From NCBI GenBank assembly GCA_963665775.2, contig CAXXTF010000001.1, positions 96,001-160,000 of the forward strand: 64,000 bases of DNA, written 5' to 3'. A program made the position numbers and the translations under genes. Under the pieces are notes generated by a model. It ran no database searches and was not told the DNA's origin. It worked only from the letters and a program-made list of their open reading frames with translations. The DNA comes from Dehalococcoidia bacterium. GTDB lineage: Bacteria; Chloroflexota; Dehalococcoidia; SM23-28-2; RBG-16-64-32. This document shows, in pieces, positions 42,450-52,454 of the stretch. The number at the start of each line of letters is the position of its first letter. The stretch's first letter is position 1.

Positions 42450-43145
42450 ATGACAAGAGAAACCTCCAGACGGATCGCCCTTGACCGGCGAGTGTGCATC
42501 GTCAGCGCCAGCCGAATCGAGGTTCGACCCCAGCGGGCGGCCGTGATCGTCCCGATCATCGGCCTGATGCTGGGTATCGGACTATTTGCCGCCGTAGCGG
42601 CGTTCGCCAACAGCCTGCCGGTGGTGGCGCTAGCAGCGATGCTCCTGCCGGGGATGATCATCACCCCCTTCTCGGGCATGGGTGTGGTCTACTCGGTAAT
42701 CGGGATGCACGTGTCTATCGATCCAAAGAAGCGTTCGGTCCGCTTTCAGCAAGGGTTAATGGGCCTGGGGGTGGGGACGGCGGAGTTGGTCCCCTTCGAG
42801 AGGATCGACCACATAGAAGTAGCCGACCCACCGACGGACGAAGAGGAGATAGAGGGCGTGGCGCTGCCTATGGAGTTCCGGGCCTGGGACATCGTGCTGG
42901 TGAGCACGAGTGAGAGGCGCCACTCCATAGGCCAGGCGGTGGCTTCGAATACAGCCGACCTCATCGATGAGGGGTTCGCGCGAGCCCTGGACACCGCCGA
43001 GGCGGTCGCCGAGATCACAGGCAAGAGCTTGACGGTCACCGCAGAGATGGAGGAGTCGGAGGAAGAGATCGAGAACGCGCAGGCGGAGGTGCAGGCGCAA
43101 ACGCAGCAACAGACGGTGGGCGAGCCGTTAGAGGAGATCCCATGA
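42450..43145 (+). CDS. Hypothetical membrane protein (2 TM plus soluble domain)
   Basis: Open frame with TM hairpin and acidic tail. Confidence 0.6.
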   Translation: MTRETSRRIALDRRVCIVSASRIEVRPQRAAVIVPIIGLMLGIGLFAAVAAFANSLPVVALAAMLLPGMIITPFSGMGVVYSVIGMHVSIDPKKRSVRFQQGLMGLGVGTAELVPFERIDHIEVADPPTDEEEIEGVALPMEFRAWDIVLVSTSERRHSIGQAVASNTADLIDEGFARALDTAEAVAEITGKSLTVTAEMEESEEEIENAQAEVQAQTQQQTVGEPLEEIP

Positions 43146-43340
43146 CGGAATCCCTCCCCCAAAGCACGACTCCGACATCCTGCACAACTACCGCAGCGCT
43201 AACAGATTAGCGCTTGTTCCACATTGATGCCCCATGCTACAATGCGATTGCTGATAGCGATGAGCATACCAGCGTTTTTGTGCTAGCACACTATTCGTTG
43301 AACCAGCTATGCTGTCCCGCAGTTTGGGCGGGGATCGATA

Positions 43341-44801
43341 GTGCATAGTAGCTGGCAAGAGAAATGCGGCGTTTTCGGCGTCTTTGCGCCGGATGAAGAT
43401 GTAGCCCGCATAACCTTTTACGGCATCTACGCCCTTCAACACAGAGGCCAGGAAAGCGCGGGCATCGCCACCGCGGACGGCCACCGCATCCACGTCCGCA
43501 CCGGCATGGGCCTGGTCGCCCAGGTGTTCGACGAGGCGGACCTGGGGCAACTCCCGGGACATATCGCTATCGGCCACAACCGCTACTCCACCACCGGCTC
43601 CAACCGTATCGAGAATGCCCAGCCGATATACCTTGATGGCAAGCACGGGCCTCTGGCCCTGGGCCACAACGGCAACCTGATCAACGCCGAGGTGCTGCGC
43701 TACGACCTGGAGAACCAGGGCTTCACCTTCGATGGCTCCACGGACACGGAAGTCGTGGCCTGCATGCTGGCCTCGGCTCCTGGAGCCGATTGGCCGGAGC
43801 GGGTGAGCAACACCATGCGCGCCATCACCGGCGCCTACTGCCTGATCGCCCTCACCCCCAACGAACTGATAGCCATGCGGGACCCCTACGGCCTGCGGCC
43901 CCTCTGCCTGGGACGGCTGAACGCCACCGGCTGGGTGATCGCCTCCGAGAGCTGCGCCCTGGACCACCTGGGCGCCGAGTTCGTGAGGGAGGTAGAGCCG
44001 GGCGAGGCGATCATTATCGACCGCGACGGATTGCATTCCATCCAGGCGGTGGAGCGACGGCGCGACGCCCTTTGCGTGTTCGAGTACATCTACTTCGCGC
44101 GGCCGGACAGCCTGCTCCGGGAGAAGCTGATCTATCCGACGCGTATGGCCATGGGGCGGGAGCTAGCCCGCCAGAGCCCGGTGGACGCGGACCTGGTGAT
44201 CGGTGTCCCGGACTCGGCTATCGCCGCTGCCATCGGCTACTCCCACGAGTCGGGCCTCCCTTACGCTGAGGGGCTGGTCAAGAACCGCTATGTGGGCCGG
44301 ACCTTCATCCAGCCCGACCAGCGGCTGCGAGACCAGGGCGTCTACCTCAAGTTCAATCCACTGAAGCAGGTCATCGAAGGGAAACGGCTGCTGGTGGTGG
44401 ACGACTCCATCGTGCGGGGAACGACCACGCCGAAGGTGGTGGAGATGCTGCGGCGGGCCGGGGCGCGGGAGATACACATGCGGATTTGTGCCCCGCCCAT
44501 CCGCCATCCCTGCCACTTCGGCATAGACATGGCCACCCAGTGGGAGCTCATCGCCTCCCATCAGTCGGTGGAGGAGATCCGACAGCACATCGGCGCCGAC
44601 AGCCTGGCCTACCTGACCATCGAGGGGCTGATGCGGGCCGTGGAGCAGCCCAAGGGGAGCTTCTGCACAGCCTGCTTTACGGGGGAGTACCCGATGCCTG
44701 TTCAGCTCCAGATGGACAAGCTTGTGTTCGAACGGGCCGGCCGGGGCGGCCGTCGAGAGCCGGTGGGCGTCAGCTGGAGCTGGGAGCAGGACCGGCGATA
44801 G
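43341..44801 (+). CDS. purF: Amidophosphoribosyltransferase
   Basis: CGVFG, LQHRGQE, VDDSIVRGTT, C.ACF. Confidence 0.97.
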   Translation: MHSSWQEKCGVFGVFAPDEDVARITFYGIYALQHRGQESAGIATADGHRIHVRTGMGLVAQVFDEADLGQLPGHIAIGHNRYSTTGSNRIENAQPIYLDGKHGPLALGHNGNLINAEVLRYDLENQGFTFDGSTDTEVVACMLASAPGADWPERVSNTMRAITGAYCLIALTPNELIAMRDPYGLRPLCLGRLNATGWVIASESCALDHLGAEFVREVEPGEAIIIDRDGLHSIQAVERRRDALCVFEYIYFARPDSLLREKLIYPTRMAMGRELARQSPVDADLVIGVPDSAIAAAIGYSHESGLPYAEGLVKNRYVGRTFIQPDQRLRDQGVYLKFNPLKQVIEGKRLLVVDDSIVRGTTTPKVVEMLRRAGAREIHMRICAPPIRHPCHFGIDMATQWELIASHQSVEEIRQHIGADSLAYLTIEGLMRAVEQPKGSFCTACFTGEYPMPVQLQMDKLVFERAGRGGRREPVGVSWSWEQDRR

Positions 44802-44891
44802 AAGCTCTGCTTAACCCCCGTCAGACTTCGCTGCCGGCCAGCCTCTCTCTCATTCATTGCACATGTCGGCTCTGAGGAAGCTGGCGGTAAG

Positions 44892-45371
44892 ATGCACGCA
44901 GACGAGCTCATGGAAGAACTTGGAAGCGCCCGCGAAGAGTTGCTAAGGCAGAGCGAGGGCCTTCCAGATTCAATCCTGCGGCAGAGGCCTGCTACGGACG
45001 AATGGTCCATGATCGAGGTACTCGCACATCACATAGATGATGTGGATTATCACTACCTGAACGAGGCATTCGCGATACGCGACAATCCCGAACACACCTT
45101 CAAGGTCTTCGATGACGAAAGGTGGAAGGCAGACCATACCGAATTACCAAGAATGCCCGTACAGCAGATCATGGATGATCTCAAGGAATCACATCGCACA
45201 GTCTTGGGAGCTGTCGCCCTGATGACGTCAGACGAGCTTGAGCGCGCCGGCATTCACCCACGGAGAGGTGCCTACACGGTCCGGGACGTCCTGCTGCGGT
45301 TTCCTGCCCACGACCGCAATCATGCCAAGCAGATAGAGTCTATCCGCAACCGCTTAGGCCTCCATCGATGA
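44892..45371 (+). CDS. DinB/YfiT-like protein
   Basis: EWS..EVLAH...HDRNH metal triad; visibly lower GC. Confidence 0.8.
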   Translation: MHADELMEELGSAREELLRQSEGLPDSILRQRPATDEWSMIEVLAHHIDDVDYHYLNEAFAIRDNPEHTFKVFDDERWKADHTELPRMPVQQIMDDLKESHRTVLGAVALMTSDELERAGIHPRRGAYTVRDVLLRFPAHDRNHAKQIESIRNRLGLHR

Positions 45372-46432
45372 GCCAGGAGAAGCCCTCGCAGCACGCTTAC
45401 GCCGCTGCCGGAGTCGATATCGACGCCGCCGAGCGGCTGGTCTCGCGCTTCGCTGATCTGGCCAAGCTGACCCGTCGCCCGGAGGTCCTTGCCGACGTGG
45501 GCCCATTCGGCGGCCTGTTCCGGCTGGGCTCCTACCGAGAGCCCGTCCTGGTGGCCAGCACGGATGGCGTCGGCACCAAGGTGAAGCTGGCCGCCCTGCT
45601 GGAGAAGTACCGCGGCATAGGCGAGGATGTCGTGAACCAGAACATCAACGATGTCCTCTGCGCCGGGGCGGAGCCGCTCTTCTTCCTCGACTACATAGGC
45701 AGCGCCAGCCTGCCGGACGAGGCCAAGGTCGAGCTGGTGCGAGGCGTGGCGGCGGCCTGCCGGAATGCGGGCTGCGCCCTCCTGGGAGGCGAGACGGCCG
45801 ACATGCCGGGCGTCTACGCCACCGGCGACTTCGACCTCGTGGGGTTCGTCGTCGGTGTAGTGGAACGGGAGGCCGTCATCGACGGTTCCGGCATTCGGGA
45901 GGGCGACATCCTGTTGGGGCTTCCCTCCAGCGGCCTGCACAGCAACGGCTTCTCCCTGGTGCGGAAGGTGTTCGGCGTGGGGATGGGCGGCGATCCGGAG
46001 GCGGAGAGGGCGGTGCTGTACGCCAACTTCCCGGGCCTGGGGATGACCCTGGGCGAGGAGCTGCTACGGCGCCATCGCTGCTACTACAACGAGCTGAAAC
46101 CCGTCCTGCCGCTGCTGAAGGGGATCGCCCACATCACCCAGGGTGGCCTGCCGGGGAACCTCCCTCGCATCCTGCCGGATGGCCTGGCAGCCCGCCTCGA
46201 CAAGCCTGCCCTGAGCCGGGCCGACCGTTCGGCCTGGCGGCCGCAGCCCCTCTTCCGGCTGATCCAGGAGCGCGGTAACATCGCCGAGGAGGAGATGTAC
46301 CGGACGTTCAACATGGGGCTGGGCATGGTGCTGGCCGTGGCCCCGGAGAACGTCGACGCCGTGCGCTCGCAGCTGCGGGACGCCCTGCTGGTGGGGCAGG
46401 TGGTGCGGGGAGCCGGCGTGGAGTGGGGCTAG
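45368..46432 (+). CDS. purM: AIR synthetase
   Basis: YAAAGVDI, TDGVGTK, GGETA, HSNGFSL, TFNMGLG. Confidence 0.97.
   Translation: MSQEKPSQHAYAAAGVDIDAAERLVSRFADLAKLTRRPEVLADVGPFGGLFRLGSYREPVLVASTDGVGTKVKLAALLEKYRGIGEDVVNQNINDVLCAGAEPLFFLDYIGSASLPDEAKVELVRGVAAACRNAGCALLGGETADMPGVYATGDFDLVGFVVGVVEREAVIDGSGIREGDILLGLPSSGLHSNGFSLVRKVFGVGMGGDPEAERAVLYANFPGLGMTLGEELLRRHRCYYNELKPVLPLLKGIAHITQGGLPGNLPRILPDGLAARLDKPALSRADRSAWRPQPLFRLIQERGNIAEEEMYRTFNMGLGMVLAVAPENVDAVRSQLRDALLVGQVVRGAGVEWG
46205..46228 (+). repeat. Degenerate in-frame 24-bp repeat inside purM (PALSRADR)
   Basis: CCTGCCCTGAGCCGGGCCGACCGT, similar to the ileS copies. Confidence 0.6.
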
Positions 46433-46434
46433 AC

Positions 46435-46839
46435 GTGCCCACGTTCCGCGTCTACTACGCCGAGCGGATGCCCCGCGGAGCCCGCGACTGGATGCGGATG
46501 TACGGACTGCGCCGCCCCGGCTCAGAGCCCGAGGAGACGCGCCACAGCGAGATAGAGTGGGAGGAGGAGGTAGAGGCGAGAAACCAGGCAGACGCGCTCG
46601 ACATCTTCTTCAGGGAACACACCACAGATCGCGCACAGGTGATGCGGGTGGACGAGGCGGGCCAGAGCCACAAACTGCTCGGTCTGGAGGATTACGATCC
46701 GGAGATCAGATACATCTGGATCGAAGACGACAAGCTGATGCAGTATCAGGGCATGGACGAGGCTACCGCGGGCATGGTCACCTGTCCTCTCTGCGGAGGC
46801 GCAGGCGAGGTGGCCCAGCAGTTCTTGGAAGAGGAATAA
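46435..46839 (+). CDS. Acidic hypothetical protein with C-terminal CPLCGGAG
   Basis: Fills the purM-purH gap in the same orientation. Confidence 0.65.
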   Translation: MPTFRVYYAERMPRGARDWMRMYGLRRPGSEPEETRHSEIEWEEEVEARNQADALDIFFREHTTDRAQVMRVDEAGQSHKLLGLEDYDPEIRYIWIEDDKLMQYQGMDEATAGMVTCPLCGGAGEVAQQFLEEE

Positions 46840-46854
46840 AGAGGAGAACCCGCT

Positions 46855-48384
46855 ATGATCGCCTTCATCTCTGTTTCCGATAGGACGGGGGTCCAGGAGC
46901 TCGCCCTCGCCCTGGCCGAGCTGGGGTACGATATCTACTCCACCGGCGGCACCCAGAGACACCTGGCGGAGGCGGGGCTGGCCGTTCACAGTATCTCCTC
47001 CCTCACCGGCTTCCCGGAGATCCTGGGCGGCCGCATCAAGAGCATCCACCCCATCCTCTACGGCGGCGTCCTCGCCCGTCGCGACCTGCCGGAGCACATG
47101 GAGGAGCTGCGGCGCAACGACATCCCGCTCATAGACCTGGTATGCGTGAACCTCTACCCCTTCCTGCAGACGGTGGCCTCCGGCGCCGGCCACGACGACT
47201 GCCTGGAGCAGATCGACATCGGCGGCCCGGCCATCATTCGCGCCGCCGCCAAGAACTATCCCTTCGTCCTGGTGCTGGTGGACCCGGCAGACTACGCGGA
47301 GGCGCTGGATCACCTGCGCACGAACGGCCTGCCCCCGGAGTTCCGGCGCCGCCTGGCCGAGAAGGCCTTCCAGCACACCGCCCACTACGACACGGCGATC
47401 GCCCAGTACCTGCGGGGCGACGAGGACAGGTTTCCCGACCGGATCACCATCGCTCTGGACAAGGCGCTCCGGCTGCGCTACGGGGAGAACCCCCACCAGC
47501 AGGCCGCCCTCTACCGCGAGGAGCGAGTGGGCCAGCCCCCGAGCGGCATCGCCGCCGCCGAGAAGCTGCACGGGCTGGAGCTCTCCTATATCAACACCAT
47601 GGATGCCGATGCGGCCTGGCGGGCGGTAACGGAATTCGGAGGGCCCACCGTGGTGATCGTGAAGCACGCTACGCCCTGCGGGATCGCCTCCCACGAGGAG
47701 ATCGCCGTCGCTTACCAGCGGGCTTACGACTCTGACCCCATCTCCCCTTTCGGCGGTATCATCGCCGCCAACCGCCCGGTCACCTGGGAGATGACGGAGG
47801 TGATGAAGGGGATGCGCTACGACGTGATCGTAGCCCCGGAGTACGAGGCGGCGGCACTGGAGCGATTGCAGAAGCGGCGCGACCTGCGCATCCTGCGGAT
47901 GCCGGAGGGAGAACCGGGACAGAGTCTGGAGTACCGCAGCGTGGCCGGCGGTCTGCTGGTGCAGGAGATCGACCGCATGGACGCCGAGGAGCTAGAGCTG
48001 CGGGTGGTGACGAAGCGGGCGCCCACAGCCTTAGAGCTGGCGGACCTGCGCTTCGCCTGGAGAGCAGTGAGGCACGTGAAGTCCAACGCCATCGTCATCG
48101 CCCGGGAACAGGCCACCGTCGGGATCGGCGGCGGCCAGCCTAATCGGATCAAGCCCGTGGAGCTGGCCGTCGAGCGGGCCAGCGAGAAGGCGAAGGGAGC
48201 GGTGTTGGCCTCGGACGCCTTCTTCCCCTTCGCCCGCAACGACGCCGTGGAGATCGCCTGCCGGGCGGGGGTGACCGCCATCATCCAGCCCGGCGGCGGC
48301 GTCCGCGACGAGGAGGCGATGGCGGTCTGCGATGAGTACGGCGTGGCGATGGTGTTCACGGGCGCGCGCGCCTTCCGCCACTAA
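46855..48384 (+). CDS. purH: AICAR transformylase/IMP cyclohydrolase
   Basis: ISVSDR, IDIGGP, RYGENPHQ, VKSNAI, ASDAFFPF. Confidence 0.97.
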   Translation: MIAFISVSDRTGVQELALALAELGYDIYSTGGTQRHLAEAGLAVHSISSLTGFPEILGGRIKSIHPILYGGVLARRDLPEHMEELRRNDIPLIDLVCVNLYPFLQTVASGAGHDDCLEQIDIGGPAIIRAAAKNYPFVLVLVDPADYAEALDHLRTNGLPPEFRRRLAEKAFQHTAHYDTAIAQYLRGDEDRFPDRITIALDKALRLRYGENPHQQAALYREERVGQPPSGIAAAEKLHGLELSYINTMDADAAWRAVTEFGGPTVVIVKHATPCGIASHEEIAVAYQRAYDSDPISPFGGIIAANRPVTWEMTEVMKGMRYDVIVAPEYEAAALERLQKRRDLRILRMPEGEPGQSLEYRSVAGGLLVQEIDRMDAEELELRVVTKRAPTALELADLRFAWRAVRHVKSNAIVIAREQATVGIGGGQPNRIKPVELAVERASEKAKGAVLASDAFFPFARNDAVEIACRAGVTAIIQPGGGVRDEEAMAVCDEYGVAMVFTGARAFRH

Positions 48385-48511
48385 CGCAGAACGGCATCCC
48401 CTCCCGTCTCTGACCTACACCGTACCGAACCGATCGCCGGACGCTGATCGGCACGCCCGAGTCCGCCTGCTAGTAAACATTCGGCATCGGGAAGATTTCT
48501 GCACCTAACCC

Positions 48512-48555
48512 TTGACAACAGAACACTTGTGCGTCTATGATTAGCACAACTGTTC
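48512..48555 (+). promoter_or_regulatory. Promoter TTGACA-N18-TATGAT with two LexA-like boxes
   Basis: GAACacttGTGC (48521-32) and GCACaactGTTC (48544-55), each one mismatch from GAAC-N4-GTTC. Confidence 0.7.
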
Positions 48556-48575
48556 CGCTACTAGCCTGGAGATCT

Positions 48576-48719
48576 ATGCCGATGGCCGCCAACAACATCG
48601 CGACTCAGCTACGCTTGCCCCTCTTCCGCAGCGCCCGCTGCCCGGACTGCGGCGGCCCGCTGGTCCACGGCGAGGGCTGCCTCTCCTGTCCGGTCTGCGG
48701 CTTCTCCCGCTCCGGCTAG
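48576..48719 (+). CDS. 47-aa zinc-ribbon mini-protein
   Basis: CPDCGGPLVHGEGCLSCPVCGFS; SD GGAG; own promoter. Confidence 0.7.
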   Translation: MPMAANNIATQLRLPLFRSARCPDCGGPLVHGEGCLSCPVCGFSRSG

Positions 48720-48764
48720 CCAACAATAGACGAGGGAGGCACCACGGGGCTATGATGGCCATAG

Positions 48765-50066
48765 ATGTCAGATCAACGCCCCACGGTGGCTATCCTTACC
48801 CTGGGCTGCAAGCTGAATCAGGCCGACTCCGAGGCCATAGCCCGGCACCTGGTGAACAGCGGCGCGCGGGTCACGGACCGGCCTCTCCGCGGCGCCGACG
48901 CCGTTGTCATTAACAGCTGCTCCGTGACCCACGTGGCGGAGCGCAAGGCGCGGCATCTGGTCCGCCAAGCGAGACGTCTCTCGCCAGGGACACAGATCGT
49001 CCTCACGGGCTGTTATGCGGAGACCGCGCCGGCCGACATCGCTGCCCGCACCGGCGCCGACCTGATCCTCCGCAACCATGAGAAACACTCGATTCCCGAC
49101 TGGCTCCTGAAGCGGTTGGCGCAGAAGGGCGACCCGTCCGCCGGCTGCCCCACGCCCATGCAGAGCGGACTGCGGACGAGGGCCTTTATCAAGATCCAGG
49201 AGGGCTGCAACGAGATGTGCGCCTTCTGCATCGTCCCCCGTACCCGAGGCCGTGAACGCAGCGTGCTTATCCCCCAGGTGGTTGACCAGGCGCTGGAGCG
49301 CCAGACCGAGGGCGTGCTGGAGATAGTCCTCACGGGCACCCAGCTGGGCAACTACGGGCGGGACCTGGGCTGGACGGAGACTGGACCTCGTCCCCTGCTG
49401 GCGGCGCTGCTGGAGCGGACATCGGTGCCGCGGATCCGGCTATCGTCGCTGCAGGCCCAGGACATCTCGACCCCACTCCTAGAGCTGTGGAACGACTCGC
49501 GACTCTGCCCCCACTTCCACCTGCCCCTGCAGAGCGGCTCCGATGCCGTCCTCCGCCGCATGCGGCGCCGCTATAGCGCCGATGAGTTCCGGCGGGCGGT
49601 GGAGACGATCCGGGAGCGGATGCCGAACGCGGCCGTGACCACGGACGTCATCGCCGGCTTCCCCGGAGAGACAGACGCGGACTTCGAAGCCACCCTGCGG
49701 CTGTGCGACGACGTTGGCTTCGCTGCCGTTCACGCCTTCCCCTACTCGCGTCGGCCCGGCACGGGCGCCACCCTCATGGGCGATCAGCTCCCGCCACCGG
49801 TGAAGCGGTCTCGACTGGAACGGCTGCTGGCGGCGGGTCGGGCCTCCGCCGAGGCGTTCCGCCGGGGATTCCTGGGCCAAACCCTGCCCGTTCTGTGGGA
49901 GCAGAGGAAGGCAGGACGGTGGCAGGGATTGACCGCCAACTACATCCGCGTTTACACTTCCGCCGACGAGGAGTTGGCGAACCGGCTCAGCCCAACACGC
50001 CTGCTGGCCCTGGACGGCGAAGGCGTCGTCGGGCTGCCGGAGCGCACCGCGGCACGAAGCGCATGA
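48765..50066 (+). CDS. mtaB: tRNA ms2t6A methylthiotransferase
   Basis: TLGCKLNQ, IQEGCNEMCAFC, FPYSRRPGT, TANYIRV. Confidence 0.9.
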   Translation: MSDQRPTVAILTLGCKLNQADSEAIARHLVNSGARVTDRPLRGADAVVINSCSVTHVAERKARHLVRQARRLSPGTQIVLTGCYAETAPADIAARTGADLILRNHEKHSIPDWLLKRLAQKGDPSAGCPTPMQSGLRTRAFIKIQEGCNEMCAFCIVPRTRGRERSVLIPQVVDQALERQTEGVLEIVLTGTQLGNYGRDLGWTETGPRPLLAALLERTSVPRIRLSSLQAQDISTPLLELWNDSRLCPHFHLPLQSGSDAVLRRMRRRYSADEFRRAVETIRERMPNAAVTTDVIAGFPGETDADFEATLRLCDDVGFAAVHAFPYSRRPGTGATLMGDQLPPPVKRSRLERLLAAGRASAEAFRRGFLGQTLPVLWEQRKAGRWQGLTANYIRVYTSADEELANRLSPTRLLALDGEGVVGLPERTAARSA

Positions 50067-50743
50067 ACGAGACCAACCGCAGCGTCATCATCCTTCTGGC
50101 CGGCCTCGGGATCATCGCGATGGCCGTCGTGGTCTTCGCGACCTGGGCCGCCGACGAGGAGGCCGTCGACCGGCTAGGGGACTTCGTCGAGTATCTGGAC
50201 GCCCACCGCGATGATCCCGAACGGCTGATCCTGAGCCTGGGCGCCCTGGTTATGGCCATTCTGGCCCTGCTTGTAATAGTCCTGGAGATCGCCCCAGAAG
50301 AGGAGACACGCGAGCTGAGGGTGGAGCAGGCCGGCACGATGGTGGTCGTGCCGGCGGGGGCACTGCGGCTGCGGCTGGAGGAGGCGCTCTCGGCCCTACC
50401 CCAGGTGACGGCCGCCAAGGTCCGCGTCTTCTCTCGCGATAAGGGTATAGGTACATCCCTTGAGCTGACCATAACCCCCGATGCTAACGTGGCCGCGGTC
50501 ACCCAGGAGGCCACCCGCACGGTAGCGGATTCGCTGCAGACGGACCTGGGGCTGCCGGTGGCCGGCCTCCCCTCTGTGCGGATCACCTTCGGCGAGCCCA
50601 AGGCAGGGCCTGTGGCCTCTTCGGTACTCCAGCCGCCTCCCGAAGGAAACGAAGGGCCGGTGCAGCCGCCCGCCAGCGGTCAGACGCCCGCCCCTGAATC
50701 CGGGGCTCCGGACGAGCCTCCAGACGAGCGCCCGCTGCCGTAG
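50063..50743 (+). CDS. AmaP-like membrane anchor protein
   Basis: Two TM segments, Asp23-like alpha/beta region, Pro-rich tail. Confidence 0.55.
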   Translation: MNETNRSVIILLAGLGIIAMAVVVFATWAADEEAVDRLGDFVEYLDAHRDDPERLILSLGALVMAILALLVIVLEIAPEEETRELRVEQAGTMVVVPAGALRLRLEEALSALPQVTAAKVRVFSRDKGIGTSLELTITPDANVAAVTQEATRTVADSLQTDLGLPVAGLPSVRITFGEPKAGPVASSVLQPPPEGNEGPVQPPASGQTPAPESGAPDEPPDERPLP

Positions 50744-50752
50744 GATACGGCG

Positions 50753-51292
50753 ATGGCCCGCGAAGCTCGTCCGGACATCGTGAAGCTGGTCATCGAGAGC
50801 CTCCTCTTCCTGGCTGACGAGCCGGTGGAGCTGGCGGTCCTGGCCCGCGTTGCCGAGGCGAGGGTAGAGGATGCGATGCAGGCCGTCGAGACGATCGCCG
50901 CCGAGTGCCAGGGCCGAGGAGTACGCATCCAGCGCGCCGGATCGGCGGTGCAGATGGTGACAGCGCCGGAGACGGCAGCCTACGTGGAGCAGTTCCTGGG
51001 AGTGGAGGAGGACCATCGGCTGTCTCACGCCTCGCTGGAGACCCTGGCCATCGTCGCCTACAAACAGCCCATCGCCCGCACCGCCATCGAGGCGATCCGC
51101 GGCGTGAACTGCGACCGAGCAGTGGCCTCACTCAAGGCGCGGGGGCTGGTGGCTGAGGTAGGGCGGGCGGCAGGCGCCGGGCGACCATATCTATACGGCA
51201 CGACCTTCCGCTTCCTGGAGTACTTCGGGTTGGAACAGCCGGGTGATCTGCCGCCCCTGCCGGAGCGACCCCCGGCCCAAGACGAGGACTAA
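50753..51292 (+). CDS. scpB: SMC-ScpAB subunit ScpB
   Basis: LS.ASLETLAIVAYKQP, IRGVN, YGTT..FLEYFGL. Confidence 0.95.
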   Translation: MAREARPDIVKLVIESLLFLADEPVELAVLARVAEARVEDAMQAVETIAAECQGRGVRIQRAGSAVQMVTAPETAAYVEQFLGVEEDHRLSHASLETLAIVAYKQPIARTAIEAIRGVNCDRAVASLKARGLVAEVGRAAGAGRPYLYGTTFRFLEYFGLEQPGDLPPLPERPPAQDED

Positions 51293-51293
51293 C

Positions 51294-51602
51294 ATGAGCA
51301 TGACGGTAGGTCTGTGTAGCGTCCGGCTGCGCCTACCGGATAACCACACGCTGAAGGGGAAGCGGCAGGTCGTGAAATCGCTGCTGGCCCGCCTCCACAA
51401 CAAGTTCAACGTGGCCGCAGCCGAGGTTGACGACCAGGACCGCTGGCAGATGGTCTCCCTGGGGTTCACCTGCGTGACCACCAGCGAGCGACATGCCCAT
51501 CAGATGATGGCCAGCGTCATCGCCTTTATCCAGGCAGAGCGGCTGGACGCGGAGCTGGTGGACTACCGGACCGAGGTGCTGCACGGGCTGGACGACGGGT
51601 AG
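51294..51602 (+). CDS. DUF503 (YlxP-like) protein
   Basis: LKGKRQVVKS, KFNVAAAEV.DQDRWQ. Confidence 0.88.
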   Translation: MSMTVGLCSVRLRLPDNHTLKGKRQVVKSLLARLHNKFNVAAAEVDDQDRWQMVSLGFTCVTTSERHAHQMMASVIAFIQAERLDAELVDYRTEVLHGLDDG

Positions 51603-51636
51603 CTCGCGTAATGCGAGGCGGGACAGCCGCCGAACG

Positions 51637-52302
51637 TCACCGACTGACGACGAGCATGACCAAGTCGCCCGGACCAACCAGGGTACCAGGGCTGGGCAGA
51701 TGATCGACGACCACACCCGCGAGGGTGTCGCTCCGGCTAACGCCGATGACCACGTAGGAGGCGCCGGTCTCCTCTATCTCATCCACGGCCTTCGCCAGGC
51801 TGACACCGGCCAGATCAGGCAGGGCCAGGACCAGGCCCAGGCTTTGGCCACTGAGCCCCCGGCTCTCCGCACTCACACCGAACCCTGACTCTTGCCGAAC
51901 CAGAGAGCCACTGCTATCTTCACGGCCAACGCTGTAAAGGGCGACTACCAGCAGGACCAGAAGGCCCACCGCGGCCATTGGTATGAGACCCCTCACTGAC
52001 CACATCCTGGGCTCCCTGACCTTCGGCAGGGGTGCCATCTTCGGCTCTCCCACCTCTCCCACCGGGAACAAGGGAAGCAGCTGGGAGGGGTCCAGACCCA
52101 GGTAGCCAGCGTAGGAGCGAAGAAAGCCGCGCGCGTAGACGGGCGCCGGAAGGATGCCGAAGTTCTCTTGCTCCAGAGCCTCGAGATACCTTCTGGAGAT
52201 CCTCGTGACGCGCTCCGCATCCTCGAAGGTGATCTTCTTCGCTACCCTCGCAAGCCGGAGGGTCTCCCCGAACGGGGACACGCGGGCCTCCTGTAATTGC
52301 AC
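51637..52302 (-). CDS. RodZ-like HTH membrane protein with C-terminal PASTA-like domain
   Basis: YLEALE...LPAPVYARGFLRSYA; TM; LPDLAG...PSPGTLV..G..V.LVVS. Confidence 0.75.
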   Translation of the reverse strand: MQLQEARVSPFGETLRLARVAKKITFEDAERVTRISRRYLEALEQENFGILPAPVYARGFLRSYAGYLGLDPSQLLPLFPVGEVGEPKMAPLPKVREPRMWSVRGLIPMAAVGLLVLLVVALYSVGREDSSGSLVRQESGFGVSAESRGLSGQSLGLVLALPDLAGVSLAKAVDEIEETGASYVVIGVSRSDTLAGVVVDHLPSPGTLVGPGDLVMLVVSR

Positions 52303-52454
52303 GCACTAAGTATACGGGAAGGCCATCATGGCCCGTCAACCCCTGCCAAAGCTAGCATGTCTGCTGATCTGCGGCGTATCCCCTGACGGAGGTCTGCCCG
52401 GCGGTGGCTGCTATAATGACAATCGGCCCGGCAACTCGTCGGGCTATGAGTTTA

